DNA of 27,294 bases, from NCBI GenBank assembly GCA_024626585.2, contig JANKJI020000004.1, positions 12,754,434 to 12,781,727 of the forward strand. Direction: 5' to 3'. The position numbers and the translations under genes are program-made. Position 1 is the first letter of the stretch. The number at the start of each line of letters is the position of its first letter. Under the pieces are notes generated by a model. That model was given only the letters and a program-made list of their open reading frames with translations, was not told the DNA's origin and made no database searches. Shown here one piece after another: positions 1-12,227 of this stretch. Source of the stretch: Ginkgo biloba (taxonomy: Eukaryota > Plantae > Ginkgophyta).

Positions 1-345
1 GACCAACTATGTGCTCAGCTTACCATCCATATGGTGAAAGATCCACCCCATTTTTCACATCTCATGGTTGAAGTTATAAGGCCAATTAGATGAACCACTA
101 CAAGAGGTTAGAATGATTTGATTCTTGAATTCTTGGAAGAAAATAAATTTGTGTTAGTGAGTGCGACAAAATTGTCGAATGCAAGACAAAGGCTTTAGTG
201 TAATCAAGTCATACAAAACATCTCATCAGATGGCAAGGTCACCTAGTCAACAAAGCCACTTTGCATTTTGAATAAGAGATGTAAGCATATCCCAACCTTG
301 TTTAGAAATGTGTCACATAAAAAATAAAATGAGGACATTGTTCTT
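1..345 (+). mobile_element. Decayed 3' end of a chromoviral Ty3/gypsy pol (integrase C-terminus + chromodomain)
   Basis: The frame from nt 2 gives NYVLSLPSIW*KIHPIFHISWLK (compare gypsy YxLxLP..IHPVFHVS.LK). A second frame gives DKIVECKTKALV*SSHTKHLIRWQGHLVNKAT...YPNL (compare chromodomain YLIKWKG..ATWE). Stops and frameshifts are present. Confidence 0.7.
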
Positions 346-359
346 AAAGATGTGCAATA

Positions 360-797
360 TGTGACAGACTAATTATACCTAAGTTAGTGTATTATACCAA
401 GATGAAGGGTTGTATTCCTATTATCAAACACAAGCCTAGCTTCTTAACCGTATATAATCTCAAACATTTTATTGTGAACCTATCCATTGTTCATTATTCA
501 TTTGGTCAATAAGGACCGCCTTAATATTAGTGTTCTCTCCTATACTTGTTCCATGAGTGCTGGCGTCCAATATTAAGTGCATGTGTAACCAAGTTTAGTC
601 ATTTATCAAACCTCCATCCCAATCCATTTAACGTATAGTCCATCCATTATGTGAACTAGTGCAAGCACCAAGGGTGTTGGACCAATAAAATCTCAAGACA
701 TGGGATACTACTTTGTCATATAACATGGTATAATAGAATGGTATATTCCTCTACTCACCATTCACCTTTTGAGTTATGGTTTTTAATTGTTGTCACA
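360..797 (+). mobile_element. Putative 3' LTR of the same gypsy element
   Basis: Starts just after the chromodomain with TGTGACA (360-366) and ends with its perfect inverse TGTCACA (791-797). TATA-like tatataat at ~451. The PPT is decayed. Confidence 0.5.
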
Positions 798-1622
798 AAA
801 GCCCCAAGTCACATTACCTCAATTGAAGAAGTCACATGAAGCTGAAGGCAACCAAGAACCATATGAGAATTTATGAAGAGGGCTTCAAGGTCGATCAAGG
901 TTATATATAACTGATTATCTTCAATGCAGAAGAATTTCTACATTGCCAGCAGCATTGGTATATTGATAGCCATTTCTGCTACAGTTTCTCTCAAATCAAA
1001 TGGAGGGCACAATACTCTAACAAGTGCCATGCAATGGAAATGCTAAAATGGCCAGGGCCAGAGCCTGGTGTTCAATGATCTGGACAGCAATCTATCTTTT
1101 ATTTGTTGTAGATCAGCAAAACCTCAAACAGGATATACCAAGCTATGCACTTGCAATGCAACTTATGTGTTTTTACTGCCCTGTTATTGATGTGAACATA
1201 TTAATATGTGCAACAGAAAAGGGATGGATTATAAGTAAACATACAGATTACTATTTCGGTTTTATCAGCATACAACAATCGATCCCACTGCAGCTCTCTC
1301 AATGTAAATTTAGTTTGGTCCAAAGTAAGAGATCAGTATCAGTTTAGGCATTCAATGGCCAGAGGCAGGGACTGAACTATATGCTAATCAAGGGAGCAAG
1401 ACAACTCATATACAAGGTGATCACATAATGTCTTAATGGCACCCTTAATTTTGTTCAATGTTTTGGGGGAGATTTATTAAGGAGGCTAAATGAATGCAAA
1501 GCTCACTGTTTCCTTTGCACAGTAGCCTTGAATTGCTTGATGACAAATAAATGCAAAGATGCAGTGGAGATGGGGCCAAGAAAAGTCATCAAGTAGTTTA
1601 CTCATGAGCATTTAAGGCCTTC

Positions 1623-2359
1623 TGATGCAGCCACCCAGTATTAACCGCAAGAAACACCGGATGACGCCATCCGGGTCCCAAGTACCCTGAGTGCTCCTTC
1701 ACTATGGGACAATGCTCAAGTCCCTTAAGCCGCTAACACATGGCCAGCAAACAGTTAAACCCACAGGATACAAAAACATGATCTAACACGATCACAGGCA
1801 CAAAGGGTAAAACATACAAGGTCAATACTTCCATTAAACTTTGCCCACTGGCCTATTGACATGCTTACATACAATCTTCTTCTTCACTTTACTCCTCAAC
1901 ATTGTGTTGCCTCACCATTCGGCGATCTGCACTTACACATATTTGATTCACGATCCTCTTGACCACTTCAACTTTCTTTCTTCTTTAGGCTGCCTTTGCC
2001 ACTATTCGACTTCTCCTCTCTGTTCTCATCGGCCTGTTCTCAGGTGCCTTCATCACACTGGCACCTAACAGCCTTTATCGATGGTTATGTCGATACTCTT
2101 CTCTGCTCGATGGCTGCCCCTCAGTTGACGCTCTGCCAATTTCCCTCTTTCTTTCCCTCATCTCCTCTTGAATGTGGGTTGATGTCCATATAAGAGAACC
2201 ATCCACCAGATTGCATGGGTAACCAGTCACTACATCCATCGGTCTACAAGGAAATCTTTCACATAAGTGGTTCATCAACAATTGCCGAACTTGAGGCTGC
2301 TCTTCAACCGCTCCACATCTTCGTTCTTCTTTTCTCCATGTGGTTGCCTCTCGTTCGGC
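1623..2359 (-). mobile_element. Possible LTR-retrotransposon LTR fragment, truncated by a gap
   Basis: Abrupt compositional shift to higher GC and a purine-rich minus strand. The terminus reads ...GGGTGGCTGCATCA on the minus strand. No second end or TSD is visible. Confidence 0.35.
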
Positions 2360-2459
2360 NNNNNNNNNNNNNNNNNNNNNNNNNNNNNNNNNNNNNNNNN
2401 NNNNNNNNNNNNNNNNNNNNNNNNNNNNNNNNNNNNNNNNNNNNNNNNNNNNNNNNNNN

Positions 2460-3120
2460 ATAAGTGTTTGGATTCTCTCAATTTGCACCCAAGCAGATGT
2501 GGATAGGCTCAACCCGTATATCTCAAAACCATAAAGCATAGTTGGTCTGACCAAGGCATCAAACAAACATCGTTTCTTAGGGATATTCTGGAATTGAAGT
2601 TGGAAGCACTCTCTCGAGGAGTGCGAGGGAAGCAAACCCTTTTCAAAGTCGTGGCTGGGCTGCTGGTCGCATGCTAAAGGTATGCCAAAAATTTTTTGGA
2701 CAACAAGGTAAGTGTATGAAGATACATCCTCAACGGGTTGATCCCTAAAAGAAGGATAGCAATCAAAACCCAATGTTAAAGGCACCCATCATACACCTGT
2801 GTAGTCTCCCGAATACACTGCTCAAGATCATCATTGAATAAATGAAATGGTGGAGGTGACATGGGACATCCTGATATGACCCCAATGATGCTGGGGATAT
2901 CTCCAAATAATCCATGTGTAGTGCAAATCCAACCCAGCACCTACTCATACAAGACGATAACTACTGCAATGACAATCTATAGGATGCCAATCTTATGGAA
3001 CCCATCCATAAAAGGATGTCTCAAAACCGTATCAAAGGCCTTTTGAAAGTCTACAAAACAGCAGTCTACTTGCGATCGCCTGTGTCTGGCCTCCTCAGTG
3101 ATGGCTCTAAGTGTGAGTGT
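2460..3120 (-). mobile_element. Degenerate non-LTR retrotransposon (LINE, RTE-like) reverse transcriptase fragment
   Basis: LTLRAITEEAR...CCFVDFQKAFDTV (~3063-3025), IIGVISGCPMSP (~2889-2854; compare GVRQGCPLSP), PVEDVSSYTYL and LFDALVRPTMLYGFEIYG. Multiple stops and indels. Confidence 0.85.
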
Positions 3121-4356
3121 GGGAAAAGGATATTGTCGTATTTCCAATAGAACAGATTTTGTGATGCACAGATCTCACTATACATCAAGAACTTTCAATT
3201 AAAGTTGTACACATTTAGTTGAATACTAAAGATTTGCTTTTGAGTGTCATCCACAGAATCATGGTTTGTTATAAATTTTAACATATGCACGAACTACACT
3301 ACATAGCATCAAGATAGACTGGAAAGTATAAGAACAGTTGGCCAGAAACCTAGCCACATGTTATGTTGATTAGTGGAAGCTCAGAATCAAATCATCCTTT
3401 CATTACTGTTCCAGAAACAGCCTTTACCTAAAAAGACTAGTGTTTCGGCTTCTTTAACTCAATGTGGGTTTTAAGGAGACTTTCAAACTAGAATTTATTG
3501 AAAGACAAATATAGTGGGTATTACATGCAAAGGAAATAGATTGTGTGAGTGAAGTTAAAAGTTGCAAAATGCCAAAGAAGATGGTACAATTAGCGGTCAT
3601 AGTGATGGTGGCTCTGATGGAGGCAGATGAATGCAGCACAAAGACAGCTGATCTAGCTCCAAGCCTTTTTTCATTGCAAGCTGATCAGCCTGCTCTGGGC
3701 TTCTATGGTGGTGTTCAGAACATGAATACAGCAGCCAAGACACCTCAGGATAGCCAAGCTGGAAGCAACTGCATCAAAAATTCTGCCTATTCACTTCTTG
3801 TCAACTTCACCAAGGACACAAAGTTACCATGTCTATGTAGCATAAACATTGGGCTATAATGATATTATTCATAGATAAAAACAGCAGATAATACTAATGG
3901 CTATGTTTATTAGCTGGGAAGACCGGCCAGATGCAATGTTGAAATCAGTCCTCGAGGGATTTTGCTTCCTGTTTCTTAGGTTGCAACTTGCACTCCTGTT
4001 AATACTGATTTTTCATCTACTTCAGAAAAATTCAATCAGTGCATGTTGAGTAAAAAACTATTGGTACTAGATGAGCATTCTGTGAAGAGGTGTTCAACTG
4101 TAGTAAGTTATACTGAACCAGCATGTTAGTAGCAAGTTGTTGGGCATCTTTCAATTAAACCATGAAACCCCTGTTCAGGAAATTTAGAAATTTCAATCGA
4201 TAAATGTTTCCAAGAACTGTTTTAAACTTCTACATTGCCACTGCCAGTGGGAAAGAAATGCACTTTCAACTGTTGGGGGCATTAATCGTAGGTTTACAGA
4301 TATTTGCAAAAGAAATTCAATTTCTAAATATCTTTCAAGAATCAAAGATCACTTAC

Positions 4357-4457
4357 CTCACTAAGAATCAGCACCCCTTTTTTGGAGTTTTGGCAGGCTA
4401 CGACTTCGTAGCTAACAAGATTCATGCCATCACGCAAGGAGGTAACCAGGGCCACAT
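4357..4457 (-). CDS. TPS1: TPS1-like exon G: (D)[33 protein letters not shown]
   Basis: Acceptor ttttgtag|AT, donor GAG|gtaagt. 101 nt; carries the UDP-glucose-binding DGMNLV motif of GT20/OtsA enzymes. Confidence 0.96.
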
Positions 4458-4848
4458 CTACAAAATCAAGGTTGCATGTCAGTTTGAATAGTTGTGTAAT
4501 TAATTAACATTTGAATTTCTGAAAGAAAGTACACAATACCATAAGACTTGGAAGCTACAAAATTATGACAAACAATTGATACAAAAGAGAACTTAAATAA
4601 TATTTGAAAGAACAATTTACTGCTCTTGATTGCTTTAAACAGGCATCAGTAGAAACCAAGACAGTTGCAAGAATGGAGGCTTGTAGACATGCTTTAACAA
4701 CAGTCTTACAATGGTGGGAAATTCTGGTGGGTAGACTACTACATAATACATCCACCAAAGTATTATTTACAGAAGAATCGTTCAAATAGACAGCAAAACC
4801 TAACTATATATAACATCCTTCAGAAGCTAGAACCAGCAGGCAATGTAC

Positions 4849-4897
4849 CTGTAATTGCATAAAGTGCACAAAGTTGATGAAAATCAAGTGATCGATC
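4849..4897 (-). CDS. TPS1: TPS1-like exon F: DRSLDFHQLCALYAIT(D)
   Basis: Acceptor ggttgcag|GAT, donor ACA G|gtacat. 49 nt, phase 0 to 1. Matches conserved DRSLDFHALCALYAVTD. Confidence 0.94.
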
Positions 4898-5339
4898 CTG
4901 CAACCAAAGCATAGTACTCTCTTTAAATCAAGAAACTCCATTTGTGTGTATGGGGATGTGCATGTGTGTGCGTGCATGCGCGTGCGCAATCATACAACAT
5001 TTCTCAAAAAGATCCACAACTATATTACTAGTTGTAAAAATTTGGAAGGTATAAAACTAAGTCTGCATTCTCTATATATTTTGAAGACATTCTTTTCAAC
5101 ACCTAATATATTTGAATTATAAATCCATAATGGAAATAGCATATATCACCGATAGCTTATCTAGCTGATAATGGTAATAAACCTACTTGCACAGAGACTA
5201 AAATATTAACCATATCTAAAAAGCAAAGTTCCGCCACCTAGCCAAGTTTATGTAAATTCAAATAAAATTGAATTGTAATTTAATAACCAAAACTAGCCAG
5301 GTAGATAATAAAAAACATATCAAAAAACAAAATGGCGGT

Positions 5340-6360
5340 TGCTCCGAAAAGTAATGAGAATAGAAGCTGGTCCCTCAAATAGTATTAACAGGAGAGGAGG
5401 AGAAGGAGGAGAGGTCAAAGAGGTTGTTTCTCTTATTGCATCTGTTTGCTTTGAGATCTCAATAAACACTCATTCCAGTATCCTAAGAACAGCAAAGGTG
5501 AATCTGAAAGTGGTGAGCTCATTCGTAGAAGGGCTTTCAAAGTATTCAATGGCCATCTTCCTTGATTCTACTGAGAAAAGGTAGGGGAACCCCATTAGTA
5601 TCTAATTCTCCAGCTGCCAAGGTAACCAATGCTTGGCTATCCCATTTAAGATCTCTTGAAAGTGAGCCAATCTGTTTAGCATGAGAGATAGCTCNNNNNN
5701 NNNNNNNNNNNNNNNNNNNNNNNNNNNNNNNNNNNNNNNNNNNNNNNNNNNNNNNNNNNNNNNNNNNNNNNNNNNNNNNNNNNNNNNNNNNNNNAGTTCT
5801 CATTGTTTCCAGAATCCTCCAGGAAAGGCAGATGCATGCTGGGTCTATCAAAGAGCTGTATTTGGTGGATACGGCATAAAAGAAACTATCCAATGGTTCT
5901 ATAGAAGTGCAAATCTAGTCATTCTGGTGTCCTTAATGACTCCTCTTCACCTTCGGGATAATTTTGATCTTTATCTATAGTGCCAATTTGAGTGTCTACA
6001 TTTTCCTTTTTCTGTTTTTTTCATAGGACCCAAGGTGCCAACATAGATTTGGATGGATTGTCCTGTTTTGAGCATTAAATCCCAAATCAGAATCTTTTGA
6101 AAAGAGTATAGGCTCATTATTTATCTTATCTTGCAGCATGTCAGAAGATACTTGCCAATAATGACCATTCCTATCCATTGTCATTTCCCTTCCTATATGA
6201 GTTCAAGACTATCTTGCCTCCCAGAAGTGAATAGTTTCCTAACATTCCCAAATTTCTTTCCTATGAGTCTTGAATATGAATGGAATTTTTTCCCCCCCTC
6301 CTTACTTAATTGTTATAACACTTGTTTGCCATTAAATTGGCTGTAATGTCACTCCTGGCT
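5340..6360 (-). mobile_element. Possible highly decayed L1-type LINE 3' region (RNase H-like remnant)
   Basis: AISHAKQIG...LKWDSQALV resembles plant L1 RNase H ALxxAxxLG...EGDSQxVV, and WIGMVIIGKY resembles the post-RT W..VI..KY motif. The similarity is weak. Confidence 0.3.
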
Positions 6361-7133
6361 TTATCCTCATAAATAAGGGCTGCTGATAAGAGAGCTACAA
6401 TATATAAAGGTGGAGCCATTATTGAGAATTGAAAGCAGCCTGAACAAAAAATGTGACATCCTCATAAAAAACACAACTATTTTACTATAAAGGATTGTTT
6501 CGCAACAATCCAAATATCATATACATCCATATTGATATGATACTCGCAATTCCCTATGAAAAGCCCAAAATTGATCTAAAAAAAAAAAAAAAAAATGATC
6601 AAAGAGCTCAGTCAAGAAGAGTAGAAATAGAAAAACAAGGACAAAATCTTTGATACAAATAGTTGGTATACTTTTCGCGTTTTGGGACATTATCTACATC
6701 TTTTGACCAAGCCTTTAAAAATGACGCTTCAAACTGTATTAAATCAGTTTTGAAAGAAAATAGAATAAAAATTACTTTTTCAAGTGGGGCTGCCAATTTT
6801 TGTTACTATGCCTATCGGAATGCCTAAACATGTGATTAAATCTGTTTCATATCTCTCATTCATTTCTAACTCATTAGAAACCACAGGTCATGGAGATGCA
6901 TCAACATCCATCAGGTAATATATGAGACCATTGAACATTCCATAAACCACATAATAAACANNNNNNNNNNNNNNNNNNNNNNNNNNNNNNNNNNNNNNNN
7001 NNNNNNNNNNNNNNNNNNNNNNNNNNNNNNNNNNNNNNNNNNNNNNNNNNNNNNNNNNNNCACAGAGATACGGTCGAGTCAGATCAGAGAACAGTGAGTA
7101 GGGACAAAAAGATGCGATGAGCCCGCGATAGAG

Positions 7134-7253
7134 ATTGAAAGTGTTGAGAAGGAAGTTGTTGAAACGAACAAGAGATCCTTCAAGTATGCTTGGGTGTTTG
7201 ATAAACTCATGGTAGAGTGTGAGCGTGGTATCAACATTGATATTGCTCTTTGG
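7134..7253 (+). pseudogene. Captured fragment of translation elongation factor eEF1A (EF-1 alpha) G-domain
   Basis: 40 codons [40 protein letters not shown] versus plant eEF1[41 protein letters not shown] (30/40 identical by my count). Homology stops abruptly on both sides. Confidence 0.92.
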
Positions 7254-8547
7254 CCTTTGCTTTAGGAGTGAAGTAGATGATTTGCTGTTGTTAGAAGATG
7301 GACATTGTAGAATGTGGGAGGAGTGGAGCCCGGGGAACGCCTGTGCAAACAGTAGCTACGCTGTGAGGGGGAAGAGAGATAACACACAACGCGTGAGACT
7401 CTGGAAGGAAATGCGTCGCAGGTGGAACAAAGCAACACGCCCGGTGGAGAATTCATTGTTTGAGGAAAGAATTGCCTGACGTGAAGGAGATTCGAACGTG
7501 AGGCGTAGAATTCAGGCGTGCAAAGGTTGCGTCGTAAATTATTATTTTTTTTTCTCTAAAGTCACTTAAATTTAATTGGATTGGGAAGATGGTTAGGTGA
7601 TGAATTTTCATTGCGACAGGTGAGGAGTTCAAATCTTGCCTCAAACTATTTTTTTGAGTGAGAAATTGAGGAGGTCATATGGATGATTGTGGGCTAAGGC
7701 TAAAAAGGAGCTAAAGAAGAAAAATAGGGCTAATTGTTATTTCTGCCTTTATTTTAAACTATTTTTAGCCTTTTTTTCTTAAGTAGAAAGAGAAAATCAT
7801 AAGGAACAAATCCTTTAAGTCATTTTGAGAAAATCATGTAAAATTTCCTTTATTTTGTCAAAATTTTATCAAGGTAATTATTAAATTAATTGTAAAAATT
7901 GAATAAAAAGGAGAAATAAGTGAAAGAAGTAAAAACATTTTAAAATTTTACACTGGGAGATATAAGAAGTCATTTGATGTTGAAATTTTGTTACATTATC
8001 GTGATAGAGTCCACAAATTTCAATAAAAATATTAAATTTCTTAATGTTTGTGTCCTTGATCTAGCCCAAAATTGAGTAGGGGGATCAAAGGTACACATTC
8101 ATTTATAGTTGTGACTATTTTTTCCTTGATTCTGCATTTTTCTTTCCATATTTCCATCTTGCAACATCACTCACACCTTCATTCACTACAAATTATCATT
8201 TTAGCATAAGTACATTTGCATATTTGTTCCAAATTTGATTATTTCATTTCATTTGAATTCATCTGGTGTAATAAGGAGATAATTCTGGTGTTATAAGTTA
8301 TTCTTTTTCATTCTTGGACCATTGTCAAGGGGTCTAATTATATTTTTGTTGTTGATTGAATTTAATTTGTAGTTATAAGTAGTTCAGGAGTTATAAGTAG
8401 TTTAGGGCTATTGTCAAGGTGCCCTTTGCATTTTTCTATTGATTGGTTAAGGGTTTTTCACCCATTAGGAGATATAAGTATTTTTCAGAGAAATAAGGAG
8501 TTGTATTTAGAGAAATGAGGTTTATTTTTTAATTTTGAGCTTAAAAA

Positions 8548-8784
8548 ATGTCAAAATTTATAACTTTCATCTTAGAATCAGAGAAACTAAAATCAAATAA
8601 CTATGCAAAGTGGAAAAGGTTAATGAAAGATACATTAATCTTTANNNNNNNNNNNNNNNNNNNNNNNNNNNNNNNNNNNNNNNNNNNNNNNNNNNNNNNN
8701 NNNNNNNNNNNNNNNNNNNNNNNNNNNNNNNNNNNNNNNNNNNNCAAAAAAGAGGCATTGGAAATTGTTAAAATGATTGCTTAA
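8548..8784 (+). mobile_element. Ty1/copia gag N-terminus (interrupted by a gap)
   Basis: MSKFITFILESEKLKSNNYAKWKRLMKDTL matches the copia gag start pattern EKL.G.NY..WK..M...L. Confidence 0.65.
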
Positions 8785-11700
8785 GAACTTTGAATATCAA
8801 CCAATATAACACAAAGGTTACTTTCAACATGTTGTGGTTGTAGTGGGTCCCAATTGAACTGGTCAGGAGTTAATCAACCTAAAGTATATTCTTTTTTGGC
8901 TAAACATGAGTGTTTCTCAACTTCATATGCATTCCCTAATTCAAACTTGTTCCAAANNNNNNNNNNNNNNNNNNNNNNNNNNNNNNNNNNNNNNNNNNNN
9001 NNNNNNNNNNNNNNNNNNNNNNNNNNNNNNNNNNNNNNNNNNNNNNNNNGCATTTTCATTCCTTGATTCAACCACATTGGAAAGAGTTGAATTCATAACT
9101 AAATATGGGAATATTTACTACCTTAGTCGCATTCCACCAAAGGCAAATTCCATGAGGTGAGAAAGACATATCTACTTCTAGGCCAAAACAATGAATATGG
9201 CTTACTTTGAAATGTTGATAGAGGTCGATGAATAAGCTAATTTTGAATCAAAATTGAAATGGGGGAGGATGTGACATCTCTGTCACCATCAAAAGCTTTC
9301 CCTTACGCCACAAAATTGTAATGTAGGATTCATCTGTTTAAAGTGCACAAATGAAAGATGTTGCATGAAGAAAAGTGATGGTCCCCATGGAAGCCATCTA
9401 GGATTGGGAAAGGAGAGATGCATCTAGGTTATAACATGGTTTGCTTGTTCTACAAATGCCTTTGTTCCAAATTATCATTTGGCCTAGAGTATTCTCTTGA
9501 TGGAGGCCATGTATGTTAGTTAGTGGATTAGTGTTAGCCATGGCTAGGGTTATGGTATTAAATTGATTAAGAGAAAAGAGCATCATGAATATTGAGGGTG
9601 TATAACCTCAACAATAAATATTAAGTAAATTATTTAAACACACTACCATATGAAACACATAGATTGAGCATCAATGTATGGGGGCAAACTCTGAAGGTTA
9701 CTGAACCTCATTTATATTCCACTATTTTTTAGTTGTATTGGGGGTACCTACAACTATTTGAGGATGATGAGTTAAGAAACTTGTACCATAAAGAGATCAA
9801 GTGTTGTTGTCTCTTCAAGATAGGAAGGATTTTGTCCCAAAATTTAAATATCTGAAGGACCTCCTTTATGCAACTAAGAGGTATCATTAAGAGGGTGANN
9901 NNNNNNNNNNNNNNNNNNNNNNNNNNNNNNNNNNNNNNNNNNNNNNNNNNNNNNNNNNNNNNNNNNNNNNNNNNNNNNNNNNNNNNNNNNNNNNNNNNCC
10001 TTGAAGAACAGGGAGACTGTGTGGGAGAACGCTTCACAGATGTTGGGAAACTATTCTGAGGGACAAAGCCACTGAAGAAATCAGAAGAACGCCTACTTCA
10101 TTGGCGTATAGTTGTGGAGATTGTACGCCAATGAAGAAGCATGTGGTTGCTAGTCACATATGAAAATTGTCGTGTGAACAGTCTAGTCGCCGAGTAATCA
10201 TTAGCCAAGATCGTTGCAATAAACGCTGAGTAGACTATGAGACGTAGGCATAGTGATTTGCAGAACATTGGTGCCATAAGACAATGAGTGAAACATGGGT
10301 CATTGTTGGATGGGATACACGTACGAAAGCCAGGATATTGTTAGGAGACGAAGGTCATGCAGGCTAATAGCGGACAGTGCAGAGGGCACTAGAAGGTCGT
10401 TGATAAGGAATGCCATTCGAGAGTTGTACACAAAGGCGCAGAAGCTTGACAAGATTGTGGAGGAGCAAGAGTGGTTGGGATGCGTCGAACAAATCTACTG
10501 GGAGAATGTTGTATAGAGGAAACACACAATCGAGAGGACAATTCACCATAAAGACGAATTGTGTAAGGAGAAGAAGAATCGTTAAAGCATCCCTGTGGAT
10601 GAGGCCGAGGGCAATTCCAAAAAAGAATTTGAACAATTCGATTCAAAAACTAGATCCAGAGTGGAAACGGCGTGAAATCACAAATTTAAAAAAAAAAAAT
10701 CAAGTTTTACTAAGATAAAACATTCGGGAAAATAATTAATAAGAAGTGCTTAAAATAAGCTAAGCCCCCAGTCATATGGAATTAAGGGCTAACCTCACTT
10801 CTAAGTCCGTTAAGTGTCAATTTTAATTTCTAAAATGATGGCTTTGTATAAAAATTAATTGTCTTTCTGTTGAACAATGGTTACATGGTTCAATCTATCA
10901 TCTTGCATGATGACCGATGATCTTGTCATGTAAATACTAACTACCTGCATGCTGACCAGAGTTTTGAAGTAATTCTGACACCCTGCATGGTCACCAAAGA
11001 AAACCAAATTCAAATAACTAGTACAATGCCTTTTATAGGCGTTGATTAGCGCCGATAGGCAGTGTTACTAATAAAATCAAAGATTCGATTTGCTAAACAA
11101 TTTAAAGAGCAATAAGAAAAATGATAACTAACCCGGGACACCGAATGCACAAAACTACTATTGGTTTAATGGTCCATAGTTTAGAAGCTCTCATGGGAGG
11201 CACAACCTTCAATTCACCCAAAGACCATGGATCCATCCCAACTTTATATTCAGGAGTTAGCTTATGCACCAAAATGATTTGAATCACAAAAAAGGGTGCA
11301 ACATCCTCAACCATAACAGGAGGCTTTACAAGCCCACAGAGCCTTGGCTTAGGTAGAACTACAACCACAATTNNNNNNNNNNNNNNNNNNNNNNNNNNNN
11401 NNNNNNNNNNNNNNNNNNNNNNNNNNNNNNNNNNNNNNNNNNNNNNNNNNNNNNNNNNNNNNNNNNNNNNNNNNNNNNNNNNNNNNNNNNNNNNNNNNNN
11501 NNNNNNNNNNNNNNNNNNNNNNNNNNNNNNNNNNNNNNNNNNNNNNNNNNNNNNNNNNNNNNNNNNNNNNNNNNNNNNNNNNNNNNNNNNNNNNNNNNNN
11601 NNNNNNNNNNNNNNNNNNNNNNNNNNNNNNNNNNNNNNNNNNNNNNNNNNNNNNNNNNNNNNNNNNNNNNNNNNNNNNNNNNNNNNNNNNNNNNNNNNNN

Positions 11701-11900
11701 NNNNNNNNNNNNNNNNNNNNNNNNNNNNNNNNNNNNNNNNNNNNNNNNNNNNNNNNNNNNNNNNNNNNNNNNNNNNNNNNNNNNNNNNNNNNNNNNNNNN
11801 NNNNNNNNNNNNNNNNNNNNNNNNNNNNNNNNNNNNNNNNNNNNNNNNNNNNNNNNNNNNNNNNNNNNNNNNNNNNNNNNNNNNNNNNNNNNNNNNNNNT

Positions 11901-12227
11901 TACATGAGTCTTCAATTGTTGCACAAACTGAATATGGTAAATGGCCTTCCTAAAATAACAACTAAAAATGGTTTGTGTGAACCTTGCATAGTGGGAAAAC
12001 AGCATAAGGAACCATTCCCTAAAGGAAAAGCTTAAAGAGGGAAGGAGAAGCTCAGGTTGGTTCACTCAGACATCTGTGGACCAATGCCGACTGCATCAAT
12101 TGGAGGGGCCAAGTACTTCTTGACCTTCATTGATGACTTTTTGAAGAAGGTTTGCGTCTATTCCATAAAGGAGAAATCACAGACCTCCATTATCTTCAAG
12201 CAATTCAAGGAGCATGTGGAAACGGAG
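11901..12227 (+). mobile_element. Ty1/copia pol fragment: GAG-pre-integrase zinc finger + integrase core start
   Basis: MVNGLPKI...LCEPCIVGKQHKEPFPKGKA*RGKEKLRLVHSDICGPMPTASIGGAKYFLTFIDDF...KEKSQ...FKQFKEHVETE, with one in-frame TAA at 12033-12035. Truncated before the second catalytic Asp. Confidence 0.93.

Noticed and set aside
3545-3859. 104-aa ORF with a signal-peptide-like hydrophobic stretch (also 1024-1347, 10410-10718, 25428-25862)
   Set aside because: No recognisable homology, mostly non-ATG starts, and located in introns. Consistent with chance ORFs.
10901-10996. Three spaced copies of a C.TGCATG.T.ACC motif (~40-nt period), superficially CRISPR-like or an RY-element cluster
   Set aside because: The repeats are short and degenerate with only three copies, the context is a eukaryotic intron/TE, and there are no cas genes. 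No functional evidence.
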